Made by a program: the position numbers and the translations under genes. Below, in pieces: positions 48,570 to 53,072 of a stretch of 53,072 nt of DNA. The stretch comes from Chitinophagaceae bacterium (GTDB lineage: Bacteria > Bacteroidota > Bacteroidia > Chitinophagales > Chitinophagaceae), in the NCBI GenBank assembly GCA_036676725.1, contig JAKFCI010000209.1, forward strand, positions 1-53,072, given 5' to 3'. How positions within the stretch are numbered: the stretch's first letter is position 1; every line of letters starts with the position of its first letter. The notes under the pieces are model-generated. The model was not told where the DNA came from. It saw nothing but the letters and a program-made list of their open reading frames with translations, and made no database searches.

Positions 48570-49577
48570 TCAGGTAGAGGAACGAACCACTAATTTGGGG
48601 GGCAAAAGAAATTGAGACTTTTTGGGTGTTTTTAAATGTCCAAGCTGTTTAAGCAAAAGTTCCAATGCCGTCTTTGCAATTTCCTGGATAGGTTGTTGAA
48701 CAACTGTAATGGAAGGCTGATGCAACTCAAAAACATCATGATCATCAAAGCATAGTATTTTTAAATCTTCCGGAATACGGAGCCCTATTTCTTTGGTACT
48801 TAGAAGTCCATAAATTCCAAGATAGTTTGTAGCAAAAATAACAGCATCAAGATTCTTTTGTTTTTTTAAAAACGCGGTAATATTAGCTACAGATTTTTCC
48901 TTTTTGTCCTGGTATTCCAAATGGAGTACGTGGCTCTTTAATACACGCAATCCAGCTTCCCTCAATGCATCATAATAGGCTCTTTCTCTTTCCTTCATTT
49001 GAAAAAGATCAAGATTTACTGTTACAAACCCTATATTACGATTACCTTTTTTGCATAAGTATCTCATGGCCTGCTGCATTCCTTTGTAGTTATCTACCAT
49101 TACAGAAGGCAAATTCATTCCTTGAATATTACGATCCATAAGCACTACCGGCTTTCCTAACTGAACAAGCTTTTCAATATCTTTTTCCATTCCAATTGCA
49201 GGAGTTATTAAATACCCATCTACTTGCTGGTTGTACATCAACTGTAACACTTCCCTTCCCTTTTGCACATCATTTTCTGTACTACAATAAATTACATTGT
49301 AATGGTTATTTCGTGCCTCCTGTTCAATAGTGTGTGCAAGTGAACTAAAAAAATGGTTGGATATGTCTTCTACGATCAACCCGATTGTTTTAGATTTACC
49401 GGTACGCAAACTTACCGCAGCCTGGTTTGGCTGGTATCCAAGTTCATGGGCCATCGCCAAAATTTTTTCTGCCAGTGAATTGCTGATCCTTCTTTCTTTT
49501 GCTTTGCCAGTTAACACTAATGAAACAGAAGATGGAGAAACTGAAAGGGCTTTCGCTATATCTTTAATAGACACCAT
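48570..49577 (-). CDS. LacI family transcriptional regulator
   Basis: SIKDIAK...VS.SSVS.VL HTH, GYQPN..A.SLR and a sugar-binding domain. Confidence 0.95.
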   Translation of the reverse strand: MVSIKDIAKALSVSPSSVSLVLTGKAKERRISNSLAEKILAMAHELGYQPNQAAVSLRTGKSKTIGLIVEDISNHFFSSLAHTIEQEARNNHYNVIYCSTENDVQKGREVLQLMYNQQVDGYLITPAIGMEKDIEKLVQLGKPVVLMDRNIQGMNLPSVMVDNYKGMQQAMRYLCKKGNRNIGFVTVNLDLFQMKERERAYYDALREAGLRVLKSHVLHLEYQDKKEKSVANITAFLKKQKNLDAVIFATNYLGIYGLLSTKEIGLRIPEDLKILCFDDHDVFELHQPSITVVQQPIQEIAKTALELLLKQLGHLKTPKKSQFLLPPKLVVRSST

Positions 49578-49623
49578 ACCTATAATAGTTTCTGTAATGC
49601 TGATACAGACTTAATGCAATATT

Positions 49624-49636
49624 AAAACGTTTGAGC
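49624..49636. promoter_or_regulatory. Autoregulatory LacI-type operator
   Basis: AAAACGTTTGAGC, same core as the susC operators. Confidence 0.7.
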
Positions 49637-49764
49637 AAGGTTATAAAGGAAATTTTGAATATGCATCAAAATCATATAGGCAACCATACCTTGATTTTTA
49701 AAAATATTTTTTGAAGTGGAACTCAATTTCGGAGTTGCTTAGCTTTCTAATAAATTCCAAAAGA

Positions 49765-50865
49765 TTAGGGTGAAGTATTGAAACGTATATTTTTTTCCAA
49801 ATAAGCAAACCTTGCAAGTATTTCCAACATACCAGATTGGTTTACTAAGTCCAACGGTTTTGACTTCCCCATCAAGTGAAACTCATTTAGATCTGTTTTC
49901 AAAGAATTGTCCAGACATAATTTAAAAGCAGAAATATATTTCTTATCCGGATTAAATTTCAAAAGGTGCTGGTAGGCTCTCAAAAGGACCGCATTGAACC
50001 AATATGAATCACGAAATTTTCCATCATTGTAAAAAAAAACTTGTGCACTATCTGCAATGGTAATGGCTTCGGTTAAATATTTTTCATCCCTGGTTGCTTC
50101 ATACAAATACAGGTTGGATTGCAGCATGGTGCCGGTGTTGTATGAATAAATTGCTTTTCCAATTTGTTTAGTTCCTACTTGTATGTTGTCATAATAAAGC
50201 CCATTATGTGCCTTTAAATTTTTATTGACCCAATTATAAATAAGTAAGGCTGTATCTAAGAATTTCCTTTCACCTGTAGCTTTGTATAATTGCATTGCCA
50301 GTATAATTCCAGGACCGTTTGAGCATGTGTTCTTGCCTGTTTTATTATTCTCCTGCCAATACAAGCCACCAGCCAGTACGGTATCATAACCTGTCATCAT
50401 ATACTTGTAAATTTCTTTACTCACTTCCAGGTAATTTTTTTTTGGGTCGCGAAAAAAAGCATCCATACAGGCAATGCCAATCCATTGGTTGTCGTCGTAA
50501 AATCTGTCACCGCCATTGAACTGAATAATATAAGAAGCATACCCTGGAGAAGGCGGTCTAACATCATAATATGCCTTTATCGCCCTCAATGTTTTTGCAA
50601 CCAAATTCTTTTTGCCAGTTACCTTTTCTATTTCATTGTTTGCTTGGATAAGACCGCATAATGGCCAGAGAAATGAAAAGGCATTTTTGCCGTTTTCTAC
50701 ATGAACTGTTTCTTTGTAAAAACCAGTTCCAGGTACAAAGAAATTATTTTCTATTGCTTTTTGTAACTGAAACATATGGTTTTTGTAATTCCTTTTTGAT
50801 TGTTGTCCCTGCACAACCATTTGGCTAACTATACTTAACAGCAATACGAACAGAAACTTTTTCAT
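49765..50865 (-). CDS. GH76 endo-alpha-1,6-mannanase family protein
   Basis: FYDDNQW catalytic DD, GGLYW..KNTCSN and SYN.G motifs. Start placed at signal peptide MKKFLF. Confidence 0.9.
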   Translation of the reverse strand: MKKFLFVLLLSIVSQMVVQGQQSKRNYKNHMFQLQKAIENNFFVPGTGFYKETVHVENGKNAFSFLWPLCGLIQANNEIEKVTGKKNLVAKTLRAIKAYYDVRPPSPGYASYIIQFNGGDRFYDDNQWIGIACMDAFFRDPKKNYLEVSKEIYKYMMTGYDTVLAGGLYWQENNKTGKNTCSNGPGIILAMQLYKATGERKFLDTALLIYNWVNKNLKAHNGLYYDNIQVGTKQIGKAIYSYNTGTMLQSNLYLYEATRDEKYLTEAITIADSAQVFFYNDGKFRDSYWFNAVLLRAYQHLLKFNPDKKYISAFKLCLDNSLKTDLNEFHLMGKSKPLDLVNQSGMLEILARFAYLEKNIRFNTSP

Positions 50866-50962
50866 AACTTCTTTTATGTACGGTTTAAATTTAATCATTG
50901 ATGCCAATTGCAACATTCACATTGGTTACTGTAACTTAGAATACTCATAAAGCATTAAAGGT

Positions 50963-51877
50963 ATGAACGATGTTACCCGCAAAGAATTTATAAAAACATC
51001 CAGCATTTTATTTGCAACATTGGTTGCAGGTTGTGCATTCGATTTAAAAAAACCCGCTCCCCTATTATCTTTTTCCACTTTAGGTTGTCCTGACTGGACC
51101 TTTGATCAAATAGTTTCTTTTGCCGTGCGGCATGGCTACACAGGAATAGAAGTAAGAGGTTTGCAACGGCAAATGGATCTTACCAAATGCCCTGAGTTTA
51201 GCACGGAAAAAGCAAGGAATGATACCGTTGCATTAATGAAGAAAAATGGATTGCAATTTGTTGGACTGGGTTCGTCGGCTAATTTGCATTTTGCTGAAGG
51301 ACCTGAACGTGATAAAAATATAGATGAAGCCAAACGTTTTATTGACCTGGCGCAACAAATAAATTGCCCTTATGTTAGAGTATTTCCCAACAACTTTCCA
51401 AAAGGCGCAGATAAAAACGAAACTATTCAATTGATAATAAAGGGGCTTTTAGAATTAGGTAATTATGCAAAAGAAAGAAATGTAACGGTGTTAATGGAAA
51501 CACATGGCGATGTAGTTAAGATCAATGATTTGGAAACCATTATGCAATCGGCAATACACCCAAACGTAGGCCTGGTTTGGGATGTAACAAATATGTGGCT
51601 CGCAACTAAAGAGTCGCCAAAAGAAGCTTTCAGGAAATTAAGAAAGTATATTCGCCATACACATATAAAAGATGCAAAACAGGTTTCAGGTAAAATAGAG
51701 TATCAATTTATAGGTGAAGGAGATGTTCCTATTTTTCAAGCCATCGATCTTTTGTCAAAAAATGATTACAAAGGATTTTACAGTTTTGAATGGGAAAAGA
51801 TGTGGCATCCCGAAATTGCAGAACCCGAAATTGCAATTGCAGATTATGTGGTTAAAATGAAAAAGCATTTTAAATAA
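50963..51877 (+). CDS. Sugar phosphate isomerase/epimerase (AP-endonuclease-2 TIM barrel), Tat-like leader
   Basis: TRKEFIK, FSTLGCPDW, ETHG, WD, HIKD and SFEWE motifs. Confidence 0.88.
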   Translation: MNDVTRKEFIKTSSILFATLVAGCAFDLKKPAPLLSFSTLGCPDWTFDQIVSFAVRHGYTGIEVRGLQRQMDLTKCPEFSTEKARNDTVALMKKNGLQFVGLGSSANLHFAEGPERDKNIDEAKRFIDLAQQINCPYVRVFPNNFPKGADKNETIQLIIKGLLELGNYAKERNVTVLMETHGDVVKINDLETIMQSAIHPNVGLVWDVTNMWLATKESPKEAFRKLRKYIRHTHIKDAKQVSGKIEYQFIGEGDVPIFQAIDLLSKNDYKGFYSFEWEKMWHPEIAEPEIAIADYVVKMKKHFK

Positions 51878-51960
51878 TTTATCTGTTTTTAATGAAGAAC
51901 CCTGGTAGCTTTTTTCCCAGGTAATAACTGTAACGAAAATTTAAAAAGAAAAACAACTTC

Positions 51961-53072
51961 ATGCCCGGCGATACAACAAACCTCAACACAAAAGCAAAAC
52001 CAAATAATACGTATGATGCCATTATTGTTGGTTCCGGCATCAGTGGCGGCTGGGCGGCCAAAGAACTATGTGAGAAGGGATTAAAAGTACTCCTGCTCGA
52101 TCGCGGAAGAAATGTTGTTCATGGCGATTACCCTACTGCTACCAAACAAACCTGGGAATTTAAACACCGTTTAAACTTAAGTAAAGAAGACAAAGAAAAA
52201 AACTTTGTACAAAGCCGTCATTATTCCTTTAGGGAAGACAACAAACATTTTTATATCAACGACCAGGAAAATCCTTACGAAGAAACAAAACGCTTTGATT
52301 GGATCCGCGGCGATATTGTCGGTGGCCGTTCCTTATTATGGGCAAGAGCCTGCTATCGCTGGAGCGATATCGATTTTGAAGCCAATGCCCGCGATGGTCA
52401 TGGTGTCGATTGGCCCATACGGTATAAAGATCTTGCGCCATGGTATGATTATGTCGAATCATTCATTGGCGTAAGCGGTAATGCAGATGGTATCGCCGTT
52501 ATCCCCGATGGGAAATTTCAACCGCCGTTTGAAATGAATACCGTAGAAAAATATTTCAAGCAGCAGGTAGAAAAAAAATATGACGATATCAAAGTCATCA
52601 TGGGTAGAACAGCCAATCTTACCCAACCCGTGAAGGGCAGGGGGCAATGCCAGGCCCGTGATCTTTGTCACCGCGGTTGTCCCTATGGCGCATATTTCAG
52701 TACCAATTCAAGTACGATACCCGCTGCTTATGCCACGGGCAACTTAACCGTGCGACCTCACTCGCTCGTGAACAAAGTAATCTATGATGAACAAAAAGGA
52801 AAAGCAATCGGTGTTGAGATCGTTGATACAGAAACCAAACAAACCGAAGAGTTTTACGCCAAACTTATTTTTCTCAATGCATCTACGGTAGCTACTGCTT
52901 TTATTTTATTGAACTCTACTTCATCGCGTTTTCCCAATGGATTGGGCAATGGCAGCGAGCAGGTAGGGCGCAACCTGATGGATCATCACAAAGGTCTTAC
53001 CATTGCTGCACCGGTAGAAGGGTTTGAAGACAGTTATTACTATGGCCGCAGGCCCAATCCCGTTTACATTCC
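51961..53072 (+). CDS. GMC family oxidoreductase, truncated by the window edge (absent from the ORF track)
   Basis: MPGDTTNLNTKAKPNNTYDAIIVGSGISGGWAAKELCEKG..., CQARDLCHRGCPYG; paralog of 20514-22244. Confidence 0.9.
   Translation, partial: MPGDTTNLNTKAKPNNTYDAIIVGSGISGGWAAKELCEKGLKVLLLDRGRNVVHGDYPTATKQTWEFKHRLNLSKEDKEKNFVQSRHYSFREDNKHFYINDQENPYEETKRFDWIRGDIVGGRSLLWARACYRWSDIDFEANARDGHGVDWPIRYKDLAPWYDYVESFIGVSGNADGIAVIPDGKFQPPFEMNTVEKYFKQQVEKKYDDIKVIMGRTANLTQPVKGRGQCQARDLCHRGCPYGAYFSTNSSTIPAAYATGNLTVRPHSLVNKVIYDEQKGKAIGVEIVDTETKQTEEFYAKLIFLNASTVATAFILLNSTSSRFPNGLGNGSEQVGRNLMDHHKGLTIAAPVEGFEDSYYYGRRPNPVYI

Noticed and set aside
396-52671. Numerous 60-164 aa ORFs overlapping or antisense to recognised genes (e.g. 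15833-16327, 21362-21829, 37988-38398, 52205-52671)
   Set aside because: Shadow frames of well-supported CDSs, with no motifs of their own.

Overview
AT-rich Bacteroidota (Chitinophagaceae-like) chromosomal segment with no rRNA, tRNA, CRISPR array or transposase seen. Left to right: (1) a dinB-dnaE2 mutagenesis cassette with CTAA-N5-TTAG boxes. (2) A stress/dormancy-type island at about 4.4-20.4 kb, plus a YceI/beta-barrel operon at 24.9-27.6 kb. It encodes two USPs, two baeRF3 (Balon-like) proteins, a triple-BON protein, YbhB, dodecin, PRTase, dienelactone hydrolase, an erythromycin-esterase family protein, MlaEFD, YtxH and small proteins. Eleven intergenic sites in it share one promoter architecture read directly from the sequence: two TGA-N6-TCA (CRP/FNR-type) boxes exactly 22 bp apart, usually TTG next, and a Bacteroidota -7 element ending 31 bp beyond the proximal box. 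Two of these promoters have no annotated gene and predict small RNAs or peptides. (3) A GMC / Gfo-Idh-MocA / ROK sugar block. (4) A TolC/MacAB-like exporter with a divergent NtrC-type two-component system. (5) A LacI-controlled alpha-mannan PUL (GH76, SusC/D, surface lipoprotein, GH125, GH92 fused to a BSP-type HExxH domain, ROK). (6) A TIM-barrel isomerase and a second GMC oxidoreductase running off the right edge. All family assignments come from motif recognition by eye, not database searches.
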